Positions 56,039-64,000 of a stretch of DNA of 64,000 nt are shown piece after piece. Each line of letters opens with the position of its first letter. The stretch's first letter is position 1. Under the pieces are notes generated by a model. It saw only the letters and a program-made list of their open reading frames with translations. It was not told the origin of the DNA and searched no databases. Origin of the DNA: a virus (Duplodnaviria; Heunggongvirae; Uroviricota; Caudoviricetes); the IMG/VR virus record IMGVR_UViG_3300012153_000089, positions 1 to 64,000 of that record. One strand, written 5' to 3'. The position numbers and the translations under genes are program-made.

Positions 56039-56551
56039 TTAATTAATTCTAATATGCTTTTTATCCTTTACAAGAAGGACACCTTCAACTGCAATACCAC
56101 TTTTCACATCATTCAATAAAGCTTTACTGTCAATCTTCGGATCTTGAGCTGTCTTGTATTTATCTGGAACCTTTCTGGGGTCAACAATATTGATTGATGG
56201 AGGATTTGTTTGTAGTTTAATTTTAAATGTTCCAGCATGCACTTTCTCAAGATTATTTCTTTGAAGATATTCCTGTAAAAGTTTCTTCAAACGCTCTTGT
56301 TTATTCTCCATATATTTGCGCTTCTTACTAAAACGCTCCTCCTCAAGTTTGTAAGCTGCAATATCTCCTTCGAGATTCCGTACGAACTTTACGATGTTCT
56401 CGCATTTATTCTCAACACCGTCCTCAAGTGCTTCCAATGTGTCTTTGTACATCTCAAAATCATCTTCACCAATTTCTTCGTTCTCCATAGCTGCTTCAAG
56501 ATATTCGGTTAAAAATTTATAGTCCTCAGACAATTTGTAAAGTGATGGCAT
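56039..56551 (-). CDS. hypothetical coiled-coil protein (170 aa)
   Basis: packed ORF. Confidence 0.5.
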   Translation of the reverse strand: MPSLYKLSEDYKFLTEYLEAAMENEEIGEDDFEMYKDTLEALEDGVENKCENIVKFVRNLEGDIAAYKLEEERFSKKRKYMENKQERLKKLLQEYLQRNNLEKVHAGTFKIKLQTNPPSINIVDPRKVPDKYKTAQDPKIDSKALLNDVKSGIAVEGVLLVKDKKHIRIN

Positions 56552-56602
56552 TTAATCTCATCTCCATGCATATTATTTTTAAAAAACGGTGAGGTGGTAT
56601 TT

Positions 56603-56896
56603 GTGAATGCTACTAAAGCACTTCTTTCTGGACTTCCCTTCTTTAAAAGATGTGTCGTTAAAGTACTTACGAAATTGTTCTTCATCAAAATAGTTATCAA
56701 TTTAAATCCTCGTGACCTTGCCAGTCCAAAAGCAGGAAGAATCAAAAATTTTAAAGAATATATCAAAAGTTTGAAACAGGACGGTGTTTCCAAGCATGAT
56801 GCCATAGACTTAATAGAAAATAGGCTCGGGAAAGACAGAATTGAATTCAGCGATATACCTAGACTCGTTTATGATATTTATGACGAAAGTACGTAA
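56603..56896 (+). CDS. hypothetical protein on the plus strand (about 97 aa)
   Basis: GTG start preceded by a strong GGTGAGGTGG SD. Preferred over the low-complexity overlapping minus-strand ORF 56509..56805. Confidence 0.45.
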   Translation: MNATKALLSGLPFFKRCVVKVLTKLFFIKIVINLNPRDLASPKAGRIKNFKEYIKSLKQDGVSKHDAIDLIENRLGKDRIEFSDIPRLVYDIYDEST

Positions 56897-56943
56897 AATC
56901 TATGTTTCATCAATTCTCTGATTCTAGTTTTTCTAATTTTAAA

Positions 56944-57873
56944 TTACTTCACTTCTTCTATGTATCCGTTGTTAATCAAAATTTTAATTACAGATAATGT
57001 TAATAAATGAGACTTATTGTCCACTCTGTACTGTTTCTTGTTTGTGTTAAAACCAACGATGCCTCCACTCCAACTGCTGCTGTTTCTCTTGTTCATTAAG
57101 AATGAATGGATTGAACTTCTACTTTGATAAAAATCAACTTGCTCGTCTCTATTTTTATCAGTGTTATATTCTTTGGTTAGTTTCTTTATGTCAATTACTT
57201 CTGTTCTTGATTCAGGATTGTCAATAAAACCATACTTATTTGTGATTTTGTGGTTTGATCCAAACGGCAAAGATTTGGCACCACATTTGGGACAGCCACT
57301 AGGATAGTAACCATCACCCATTAGAGTCATTTCTTTAGTCATTTCAGATTCTAGCATTTCTTCGTTACATCCATAACAAAGCCTAATGTCATCTTTAAGA
57401 TATTTACCAGGTTTATATTCATTCTTCATAATTTCAATCTTTAAGTTTTTATTTAGGATATAATCAATAATTCTTTCTTTAACTTGATGCTTATTACAAC
57501 AATCCAAGCACATATCTCCGTAACCACTGATTGTAATAAATCCTTCGTTAAACTTCACTCCACTATAAAGAATTGGTTTATTAAAGTTCTTATCTCCCTT
57601 GCTATGATAGCGACTGCTTCTTGGATATGTCTTGTAGTCAGGCTTCTTGTCGCAATAATCACAAGAGCGAATTGATTTATGTGTCCACTTTAATTTCCCA
57701 TTCTTCTCAGACTGTTTGATTATTTCATTCATTACAGGTAAATCAAAACCATATGATGATTCTTTCTTAGCCTCATTAATGACTTTTTGAATCACCTCAG
57801 AAGTATTCCCGTCTAGTTTTAATAGTTCATTTAGTGGTAGTTCGACTTTAAATAACTTTTCGATACTTTTCAA
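56944..57873 (-). CDS. hypothetical Cys-rich protein (309 aa)
   Basis: four CxxC pairs (CDYCD, CLDCC, CYGCN, CPKCG). Confidence 0.55.
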   Translation of the reverse strand: MKSIEKLFKVELPLNELLKLDGNTSEVIQKVINEAKKESSYGFDLPVMNEIIKQSEKNGKLKWTHKSIRSCDYCDKKPDYKTYPRSSRYHSKGDKNFNKPILYSGVKFNEGFITISGYGDMCLDCCNKHQVKERIIDYILNKNLKIEIMKNEYKPGKYLKDDIRLCYGCNEEMLESEMTKEMTLMGDGYYPSGCPKCGAKSLPFGSNHKITNKYGFIDNPESRTEVIDIKKLTKEYNTDKNRDEQVDFYQSRSSIHSFLMNKRNSSSWSGGIVGFNTNKKQYRVDNKSHLLTLSVIKILINNGYIEEVK

Positions 57874-57891
57874 ATCCCTTCTCAGTAAAAT

Positions 57892-58074
57892 TTACATTTC
57901 ATCTCGTCTTGCGGCTATCCAAAACACTATCAATCCTAGGATGGCTATTAGATATCCAAATGGATAAAACGTAATCGTTGTTACTCGTTCTCCAAGGCTA
58001 AGGTTTTTAAGTTTAAATTTAAATAATACGATTTCTTTGCAGTACTCAAACATTTCTTTGGGTTGAAATATCAT
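57892..58074 (-). CDS. small membrane protein (60 aa)
   Basis: C-terminal TM segment GYLIAILGLIVFWIAA. Confidence 0.4.
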   Translation of the reverse strand: MIFQPKEMFEYCKEIVLFKFKLKNLSLGERVTTITFYPFGYLIAILGLIVFWIAARRDEM

Positions 58075-58379
58075 TGTCGCTGGCCTCGAACAAACTTATG
58101 TATGTTAGTCAATTCCTTGAAATTACGACTCAACATCATCTCATCGACTTCATCAATAATCTGGTACATTGCAAATTGATGGTCACTACGCATAGCTGAA
58201 GGGCAATCTAATGTATCTGGAATGGCTGCCCTATGTAATTCTTCACTTTCGGGACAACATTGATCAAAAGCATTCCATAGGCAATATGTATTATTACACT
58301 TCATATATTCACTCCTTAATCCAAAGTTCTTTACGTTTAATTGTAACAACCTTCTTGATCTCCTTATGATGCCATTCAC
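58071..58379 (-). CDS. hypothetical protein (102 aa)
   Basis: packed ORF. Confidence 0.45.
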   Translation of the reverse strand: MNGIIRRSRRLLQLNVKNFGLRSEYMKCNNTYCLWNAFDQCCPESEELHRAAIPDTLDCPSAMRSDHQFAMYQIIDEVDEMMLSRNFKELTNIHKFVRGQRQ

Positions 58380-58824
58380 CGCACCAGTTGCACTTTCTAG
58401 TGTTGTTTACGTATGTATATCTTTCATCTGTTCCTTGTAACCAACCTTTATGTTCTAAGTCAAAGACACATCTGCCAATCTTTTCGTATGTATCAAAGAA
58501 CCAATCTGTAATATCTAGAAAATCTTCTTTTCTCCAAGAACTTAAAGAAAAGAGTTCACAATTACCTTTAAGTAAAACAGTGTTCATGAAGTACCCGCAA
58601 CTTCTATCGCCATAGGGATCGATCATAACCTGTAGCCCGTTTGATAAATTCTTTTTGAAGGGAAGATGTTCTCCATCCCATCTGCTACTATGATGCCAAT
58701 AAATCCTCAATTGGTCTTTTATATGTTTATTATTTTTAATGATCTTGCTGAGAAACTTGTATAAATTCCAACTGTATTTATCCGATTCATTTTTTACTTT
58801 CGGCCTGATATTTTCTAAGTTCAT
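58309..58824 (-). CDS. hypothetical protein (171 aa)
   Basis: conserved leader GACTTTCACGGAGAAAGG directly before the ATG. Confidence 0.5.
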   Translation of the reverse strand: MNLENIRPKVKNESDKYSWNLYKFLSKIIKNNKHIKDQLRIYWHHSSRWDGEHLPFKKNLSNGLQVMIDPYGDRSCGYFMNTVLLKGNCELFSLSSWRKEDFLDITDWFFDTYEKIGRCVFDLEHKGWLQGTDERYTYVNNTRKCNWCGEWHHKEIKKVVTIKRKELWIKE

Positions 58825-58859
58825 TTGCTCATCCTTTCTCCGTGAAAGTCCTCTTTTAT

Positions 58860-59048
58860 TTAATCACGAAATTTAATAAAAAGTACCTCACTAGTGCTGG
58901 TTCCCCAAATACGATCCATAGGCACATACATCTCACAACGATGATCATTGTCTTTTTCAATGGTTACCTCAAATTCTCTGGTACTTTCCTTAACTGTAAT
59001 GTCATAAATATCATTATATTTAACAAATACTTTTACATATGTCTTCAT
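58860..59048 (-). CDS. hypothetical protein (62 aa)
   Basis: packed ORF. Confidence 0.4.
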   Translation of the reverse strand: MKTYVKVFVKYNDIYDITVKESTREFEVTIEKDNDHRCEMYVPMDRIWGTSTSEVLFIKFRD

Positions 59049-59079
59049 TAATATTTCTCCTCATATCATATTAATATTT

Positions 59080-59496
59080 TTATTTTGTTGACTCTAAAGT
59101 CTCATACAGCAACAAAGATTGCTTCAGAACTTCAAAAGCTTCATTGCCAGAAATCTCCCACGGTCTTATTCCTTCGGGTAATGTCTTAACCCCTTCTTTA
59201 AATTGCCACTGCACTCTATATGAACCTTTACTATCATTCACGATTAAAGAATGAAGGAGATCTTCGTTACAAGGATAGTATCTCTTCCCTACCCAAGATG
59301 AACTTCTTCTAATTTGTGATGCTGCTCCACGAGACATAATCAAAATCTCTCCATGTCCAGCACAATTAATGCAGTAACAGTTTTGTCCTCGTTCTTCTAC
59401 TTCCTGAACAGACCATCCATTTGCTCCCCATGAACCATTTTCATTTGTCGCAAAACAAGCAGAACAAAACGTTACCTTCTCATCAAAATCGCTCAT
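59080..59496 (-). CDS. hypothetical Cys-rich protein (138 aa)
   Basis: CSAC...CYCINCAGHG. Confidence 0.5.
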   Translation of the reverse strand: MSDFDEKVTFCSACFATNENGSWGANGWSVQEVEERGQNCYCINCAGHGEILIMSRGAASQIRRSSSWVGKRYYPCNEDLLHSLIVNDSKGSYRVQWQFKEGVKTLPEGIRPWEISGNEAFEVLKQSLLLYETLESTK

Positions 59497-59523
59497 ATCG
59501 CTACTCCTTTCTTTATGAATTTT

Positions 59524-59871
59524 CTATTTCATTTTAAATTTAATTTTTAAATCTTCGACTTCCTTATTGTATTTCATAGTATTTACGACCTCATTGTTTT
59601 CTAAATTCTCCATTTCTTTTAAGTCACGCTCTAAATAAAACAATTTGCTTTTAAGATTAGACATTTCCTTTTTAATTTCAATTTCTTTTTTTGCGTTATC
59701 ACAATCACAGAAGTGGTTAATTTCTTCTTCCCATCTATGGTTATGGGATGATCCAATATCTTTACTTAGTGCCTTATTGCCACAGTAAGCGCAGTAGTTA
59801 ATGTATTGATAACTGCCATAAATGTCTACTTTTTTTCTTTCACCTAAATTAAAGGTTCTTGTTTCGTGCAT
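59524..59871 (-). CDS. hypothetical protein (115 aa)
   Basis: packed ORF. Confidence 0.5.
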   Translation of the reverse strand: MHETRTFNLGERKKVDIYGSYQYINYCAYCGNKALSKDIGSSHNHRWEEEINHFCDCDNAKKEIEIKKEMSNLKSKLFYLERDLKEMENLENNEVVNTMKYNKEVEDLKIKFKMK

Positions 59872-59912
59872 TCTTCATCTTCCTTTCTAAGTAAAATTGC
59901 GACTTCATCAAG

Positions 59913-60086
59913 AATTAATCTTCTTGAACGTATTCAATCTCTTCGTTTAATTCATAATCAAATTCCCATTCAACAACGCCTTCTACATTGAATAGTTCAT
60001 GATCAATCTGTCCAATGATATTGTCTTTATGCTGCAACTCTTCTTCATCAAAAATAATGTATCCTCTGATAATTGCTTTTCTCATA
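59913..60086 (-). CDS. small hypothetical acidic protein (57 aa, below cutoff)
   Basis: AAAGGAGAG SD. Coordinates approximate. Confidence 0.35.
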
Positions 60087-60100
60087 TTCTTTGCTCTCCT

Positions 60101-60289
60101 TTATTGTGACTTTGCTTGGAAACAGTGAAAATCATCATCGCACGAAAAATGCGCTTCGGTTCGAATATTCTTTACTTTACATAAGCCTTCGCCTTGAATC
60201 TTTCCATTTGTATTGTCATCTTTATAATGGATACAGAAATCACAAACCGCTCCAACCATTTCGCATTCTCTATCACAAAATACTGCCAT
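60101..60289 (-). CDS. Cys-rich small protein (62 aa), paralog of 30249..30443
   Basis: CDFCIHYKDDNTNGKIQGEGLC parallels CEFCINYKDNQTHGYLEGEGMC. Confidence 0.5.
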   Translation of the reverse strand: MAVFCDRECEMVGAVCDFCIHYKDDNTNGKIQGEGLCKVKNIRTEAHFSCDDDFHCFQAKSQ

Positions 60290-60595
60290 TTAAGATCGCC
60301 TTCTTTCTGGTTGACAATTCGCTTTCATTTGCTTGATCATATGATCCAATGTGTCTCTTAAAGCTATGGCATCTTCAAGTGAAAAATCCACCCCAGCTCT
60401 ACCAATGTTACCTTTTACAGTTACATAGAATTCGTCATCTTCACCATGCTCTAAGGCATTTTTGGGACTATCATGATTCCAAAACAATTGAAATTCAAAT
60501 CCTTCTTTATTTTCAATCTTCAGTTGTAGCCCCTCTTGATCTAAATATTTTTTACTTGCCATCAAAACTACCTCCTTTCTTTTGAATAAAATCAC
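60290..60595 (-). CDS. hypothetical protein (101 aa)
   Basis: packed ORF. Confidence 0.5.
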   Translation of the reverse strand: MILFKRKEVVLMASKKYLDQEGLQLKIENKEGFEFQLFWNHDSPKNALEHGEDDEFYVTVKGNIGRAGVDFSLEDAIALRDTLDHMIKQMKANCQPERRRS

Positions 60596-61431
60596 GATTG
60601 CATCAATAATTTTTCCTTGTGTTTATTTAATTCAATCTCAATCTCCCTTTTCCCCTTACCCATCAATAGTAATGCAGACACCAGTTTCTCTGCCCTAACT
60701 ATCTTTCTTAAGTCATCTGTACTTAAGTAGTCTCTCGGAGTCTCTTTTTCATCTTCAATCCCGTAAAATTCTCTTAGTCCTTTGGCATCCATATCAAACA
60801 ATACTTTATAAACCAAGTCAGTAAGAACTCCATAGGCAAAACCTTTTTTCATTGTTCCTACATAAAAATTTTTAATCGCATCCGTCAATTGTTTACGTTC
60901 TTGTCTTGCAATTTCGCGCTCCGCTGCCCATTGTATTTGCTCTTTTGTGGAAACTTCTTCGACATTGAGTAGATAATGTCGAATGGACTTTGCAACTCCA
61001 GACTCTGTGAGTAACATACCGATTCTTAATAGTCCACGTCTAGAGATAAGAGTGATTGATGGTGCAGTTTTAAGGTTTCCGTCAAGCTGACGGAGAGCTT
61101 TAAACTCCTTTAACTGCTTGCCTTTTAAAATCCTAATTTCTCCATAGTCATTAAATTCACTGCGGTTTCTACGTATAACAGACTCAATTGCGTCTTTATT
61201 GACCTCGTAGTAATTGGCAGCGAGCTCGATGGTTACTTCTGATGTATCAGGTAAAAACGTAACATATTTAACCTTATCCATAACACTTACTTTAAAAACA
61301 AGATCATCACGCAACGTTCTACTTTCAGTAAGAATCATCTCATTGCGGTCTTTATCTGTAGTATCTACTTCTTTCAATAACCCATCCCCATTTCTAAATG
61401 ATATTCTCATTTCATTAACAATACGATCCAA
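60592..61431 (-). CDS. ORF6N/KilA-N-type domain protein (antirepressor-like)
   Basis: LAANYYEVNKDAIESVIRRNRSEF...LKGKQLKEFK...LISRRGLLRIGMLLTESGVAKSIRHYL resembles ORF6N/Bro-N DNA-binding domains, plus a C-terminal coiled coil. Confidence 0.5.
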   Translation of the reverse strand: MDRIVNEMRISFRNGDGLLKEVDTTDKDRNEMILTESRTLRDDLVFKVSVMDKVKYVTFLPDTSEVTIELAANYYEVNKDAIESVIRRNRSEFNDYGEIRILKGKQLKEFKALRQLDGNLKTAPSITLISRRGLLRIGMLLTESGVAKSIRHYLLNVEEVSTKEQIQWAAEREIARQERKQLTDAIKNFYVGTMKKGFAYGVLTDLVYKVLFDMDAKGLREFYGIEDEKETPRDYLSTDDLRKIVRAEKLVSALLLMGKGKREIEIELNKHKEKLLMQS

Positions 61432-61783
61432 TCTTCCGTCTAACTGTGAATCCCTGTGAATCCAAATACTCGTTCAATTCGCGCGCGCTAATGTTTCCAT
61501 TATATTTACTCTCAATATCTTCAATTAAAATATTTACTGCTTTTTCTGGTTTCTTAAATGGTTCTGTCGGCTCTGAAACTAATATGTATTTTGTAACTCC
61601 ACCATCTAGTTCTTCACTGTGTATTTTATATCCACGAACATATAACTCTTGAATACGTGCATTGTATCGTAAGGCAATCTTGTTTAGTTCTACATTGGTT
61701 ACACCAGAATCTCCAGCTCGTTTTAGGGAAGCAATAATTTTATCTCTTTGTGTCTCTGTTCGTTCTTGAGTCTCTTTATTCAT
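61415..61783 (-). CDS. putative winged-helix/HTH protein (122 aa)
   Basis: VTNVELNKIALRYNARIQELYVRGYKI HTH-like segment. Confidence 0.4.
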   Translation of the reverse strand: MNKETQERTETQRDKIIASLKRAGDSGVTNVELNKIALRYNARIQELYVRGYKIHSEELDGGVTKYILVSEPTEPFKKPEKAVNILIEDIESKYNGNISARELNEYLDSQGFTVRRKIGSYC

Positions 61784-61960
61784 TTATACTCCTTTCTTTT
61801 CTTCCTCTTTCACAACAAATCCTATTTTGTTTTTCTGTTTATAGTATTCCTCAGCAGGTACTTCCTTTTCAGTTGCTCTTCTACATCTCAAACATCTACT
61901 GATTGATCCAGATTCAAATATTTCTCCATCACACTTAATGCATTTCTCGGTCAACATCGC
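61784..61960 (-). CDS. zinc-ribbon small protein (58 aa, below cutoff)
   Basis: CIKCDG...CLRC. Coordinates approximate. Confidence 0.35.
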   Translation of the reverse strand, partial: AMLTEKCIKCDGEIFESGSISRCLRCRRATEKEVPAEEYYKQKNKIGFVVKEEEKKGV

Positions 61961-62232
61961 AACTCTCCTTTCTCCAAGAAAGTTTCATTTTATCAAACCT
62001 GAACAAGAAGCTTGAATTACTTCATCAATTGCTTTTTTGATGTTCATCATATCTTCCATTGTTAGTTTGGAGACACAACTGCTGTCTCCCCAACCATTCA
62101 TTAAAGAAACACCAAATCCATGTTTAGAGTCATAATAAAACTCAATTTCTTCATCCTTGCCTCGGTTAATAAAGCTTACAGTTTTTCATTATTTTTTGCC
62201 CCCTCTTTTTCTCTTCGAAATGCTGATTTCGT

Positions 62233-62586
62233 TTAAATTTCCACTTCAATTTCAAAATCATTTTTATTATAAACTTTAATTGATGACATCAATTTATCTT
62301 CAATCACATTTCCATCTGAAGCAATTTCTTTCTTTTTAAAGTATTCACTTACCATTTCTTTCACTATAAATATCACTTCTTCTTTATTTGAAAGAAACAC
62401 ATTACATCTCTCCAAAAACTCTATTTTTGTTTCCTTTTCTTGCCACCTACGAGCTATGATACAGTCATAGAGTTCTACTTTTTTGAATTTGTTTGGATCT
62501 TTAAATTTAACCTTGAATTTAATTGAGTCAACTTCAAAATTGAAATCTCGTCCCAATCGAATTTTAACCTTTGCTTTAATTTTCAT
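62233..62586 (-). CDS. hypothetical protein (117 aa)
   Basis: packed ORF. Confidence 0.5.
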   Translation of the reverse strand: MKIKAKVKIRLGRDFNFEVDSIKFKVKFKDPNKFKKVELYDCIIARRWQEKETKIEFLERCNVFLSNKEEVIFIVKEMVSEYFKKKEIASDGNVIEDKLMSSIKVYNKNDFEIEVEI

Positions 62587-63127
62587 TTACTTTGCGCTCC
62601 CCCACCAATGAATCAAAATCTAGCTCACTCAAAATCTTCAATAGCCTCTCTACTTTTGGAGCTCTCCACGCTGTCATTGCATATGTATGTGCTTTATTAG
62701 TGTAGTGGTAATGGTTTATCTCTAAATGTCTTTTTGCTTCTGCTTTAGTCAGAAACATCGTGTTTGGAACAATAAACTCTTCTTCCTTTACAAACACTGA
62801 ATCGAAATATCCATCATCATTTAAATTGTGTTCTATGTATTGCCAGAGAAATTCAAAATCATCATTACCTAAATGCCATCTCAATTCATCGTCTATATCT
62901 TCCTCATAGTGTTCCTCAATGAACTCTTTTAAATGGTTAAAGTCTTCAAATACTACATAGTCACCATCGTTGAAAAAATACTGTAACTCACCACTATCAT
63001 AATCTTCATTTCCGGGCGACTTTTTGTAATCCATGATTGTCCAGAAACGTGGTGCTGCTTGACAGTCATTCTCTTGAGTATTTAATTCTGTTTGCAGCTC
63101 TTTTAGAAATTTTAAATCTTCGTTCAT
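62576..63127 (-). CDS. highly acidic hypothetical protein (183 aa)
   Basis: Asp/Glu/aromatic-rich. Confidence 0.5.
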   Translation of the reverse strand: MNEDLKFLKELQTELNTQENDCQAAPRFWTIMDYKKSPGNEDYDSGELQYFFNDGDYVVFEDFNHLKEFIEEHYEEDIDDELRWHLGNDDFEFLWQYIEHNLNDDGYFDSVFVKEEEFIVPNTMFLTKAEAKRHLEINHYHYTNKAHTYAMTAWRAPKVERLLKILSELDFDSLVGERKVNEN

Positions 63128-63354
63128 TCACTGACCTCTCTCTCACTATAGAATTCGATCATTTCATCCCTTATCTCTCTTGTTGCCTCAAGTCGCCCAC
63201 TAATGAATCCTGATAAATGTATTTCTCGCATGAAATCAAGTTCCTCCTTGCAAAAAGTATAATTCATTCCTTTTTCTAAGATAGATATGATCTCTTTGAA
63301 GTTCTCCTCTGCCATACTCATACGCCTCCCTTCTAAGTAAAAGATCGATTTCAT
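63124..63354 (-). CDS. hypothetical protein (76 aa)
   Basis: packed ORF. Confidence 0.45.
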   Translation of the reverse strand: MKSIFYLEGRRMSMAEENFKEIISILEKGMNYTFCKEELDFMREIHLSGFISGRLEATREIRDEMIEFYSEREVSE

Positions 63355-63644
63355 ACACTTACATTCTTTAAATTCATATGATATTTTTTAATTTTAGCTT
63401 TCAGAGATTTGCCTGAGCATTCTCCCGCCCAAGCATAAGGATATGTATTCTGACCCCTTTTAATTAACTCATCTACAGAAAAACTTTTCTTTACCATTAT
63501 GAATTTATCAAAAGCAGGTTCATTGACTCTTTCCCAGAACAATATTTCTTCGCTTGAATCTGATACAGAGTCATAAATCACAAAATCTTCGTGTGGATGA
63601 AGTTCACTTTCCCATTGCTGACCAACCATTAATTTCAAGCGCAA
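63351..63644 (-). CDS. hypothetical protein (97 aa)
   Basis: packed ORF. Confidence 0.5.
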   Translation of the reverse strand: MRLKLMVGQQWESELHPHEDFVIYDSVSDSSEEILFWERVNEPAFDKFIMVKKSFSVDELIKRGQNTYPYAWAGECSGKSLKAKIKKYHMNLKNVSV

Positions 63645-63670
63645 CCTCCTTTCTCAATGAACTCTTTATT

Positions 63671-63994
63671 TTACTGAATCTCTTCTACTTCAGTCTCGGT
63701 AATTTCTCCTTCATCAATTACTGTTACAGTAATTCCATCAACAGGATTTTCCCATTCCTTAGAGTCGAACCCGTAATCCTTAATTCGTACCTTTCCGTAG
63801 CCCTCCAAAAATGTATCAGTTCGTTGTACATTGCGAGCTCTCTGCTCTGCAATCTGTTGTGCATGTTCTTCAAGTGAATTAAATGAATAAAAGGTATCTC
63901 TGAACTCTCGCATCCATTCTTCATTAATTACATTCTCGTCAAGCTCAATTTCATATGTATTAGTTGTAGTAACTTCTACCTTAAACTTTTTCAT
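63671..63994 (-). CDS. hypothetical acidic protein (107 aa)
   Basis: packed ORF. Confidence 0.5.
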   Translation of the reverse strand: MKKFKVEVTTTNTYEIELDENVINEEWMREFRDTFYSFNSLEEHAQQIAEQRARNVQRTDTFLEGYGKVRIKDYGFDSKEWENPVDGITVTVIDEGEITETEVEEIQ

Positions 63995-64000
63995 TTCTTA

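Noticed and set aside
56509-56805. Minus-strand ORF 56509..56805 (98 aa)
   Set aside because: It overlaps the start of 56039..56551 by 43 nt, has an odd low-complexity product and no SD. The opposing plus-strand ORF has a strong GGTGAGGTGG SD and was preferred, with modest confidence.
1-64000. CRISPR arrays, tandem repeats, rRNA and tRNA genes, insertion sequences
   Set aside because: No spaced direct-repeat array, no rRNA-like conservation and no transposase ORF were seen. tRNAs cannot be excluded by eye, but no cloverleaf-like GC-rich about 75-nt islands were seen in intergenic regions.
1-64000. Assigning the window to SPbeta or phi3T itself
   Set aside because: The recombinase N-terminus differs from what I recall of SprA. 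Only family-level resemblance (thyP3-like ThyA, uvrX-yolD, NrdEF, Pol III alpha) can be claimed without a database search.

Overview
This 64-kb window is AT-rich (about one-third GC) and almost entirely coding. Nearly every gene lies on the minus strand and genes are tightly packed, often overlapping by 1-4 nt, which is typical of the early/replication region of a large temperate phage or prophage of a low-GC Gram-positive host. A Bacillus SPbeta/phi3T-like element is inferred from: an E. coli-type ThyA with DHFR, class Ib NrdEF, a Y-family polymerase with a YolD-like partner behind Cheo-type LexA boxes, and a large serine recombinase at the left edge. Recognisable modules: (1) a large serine recombinase plus a RecU-like resolvase, (2) a DnaE-type Pol III alpha, (3) a ParM/ParR-like actin segregation pair, (4) a phage sigma factor next to an unusual 609-aa GHKL ATPase, (5) a CPBP/Abi protease, (6) a thyA-dfrA / MazG-like / nrdEF nucleotide module, (7) an SPFH/band-7 membrane protein, (8) a DpdA-like DNA-guanine transglycosylase plus a YhhQ-like precursor transporter for 7-deazaguanine DNA modification, (9) a RecJ-like exonuclease, a DnaG-like primase, a DnaB-like helicase and an ATP-dependent ligase, (10) a DUF2829-type putative Tad2-like protein, (11) a macro-domain protein, (12) XRE regulators with a metallophosphoesterase, and (13) an SOS-regulated uvrX/yolD-like pair. 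Only two genes are on the plus strand: a secreted PepSY-type moron and one small ORF. A conserved ~18-nt element (AAGTGTTATTTTATYATT on the plus strand, at least 9 copies) sits just 3' of CDSs and fuses to sigma-A-like -35/-10 hexamers and terminators; other leader motifs also recur. Many genes below the 60-aa ORF-track threshold are present. Hand-derived coordinates for features outside the ORF track are accurate to a few nt.
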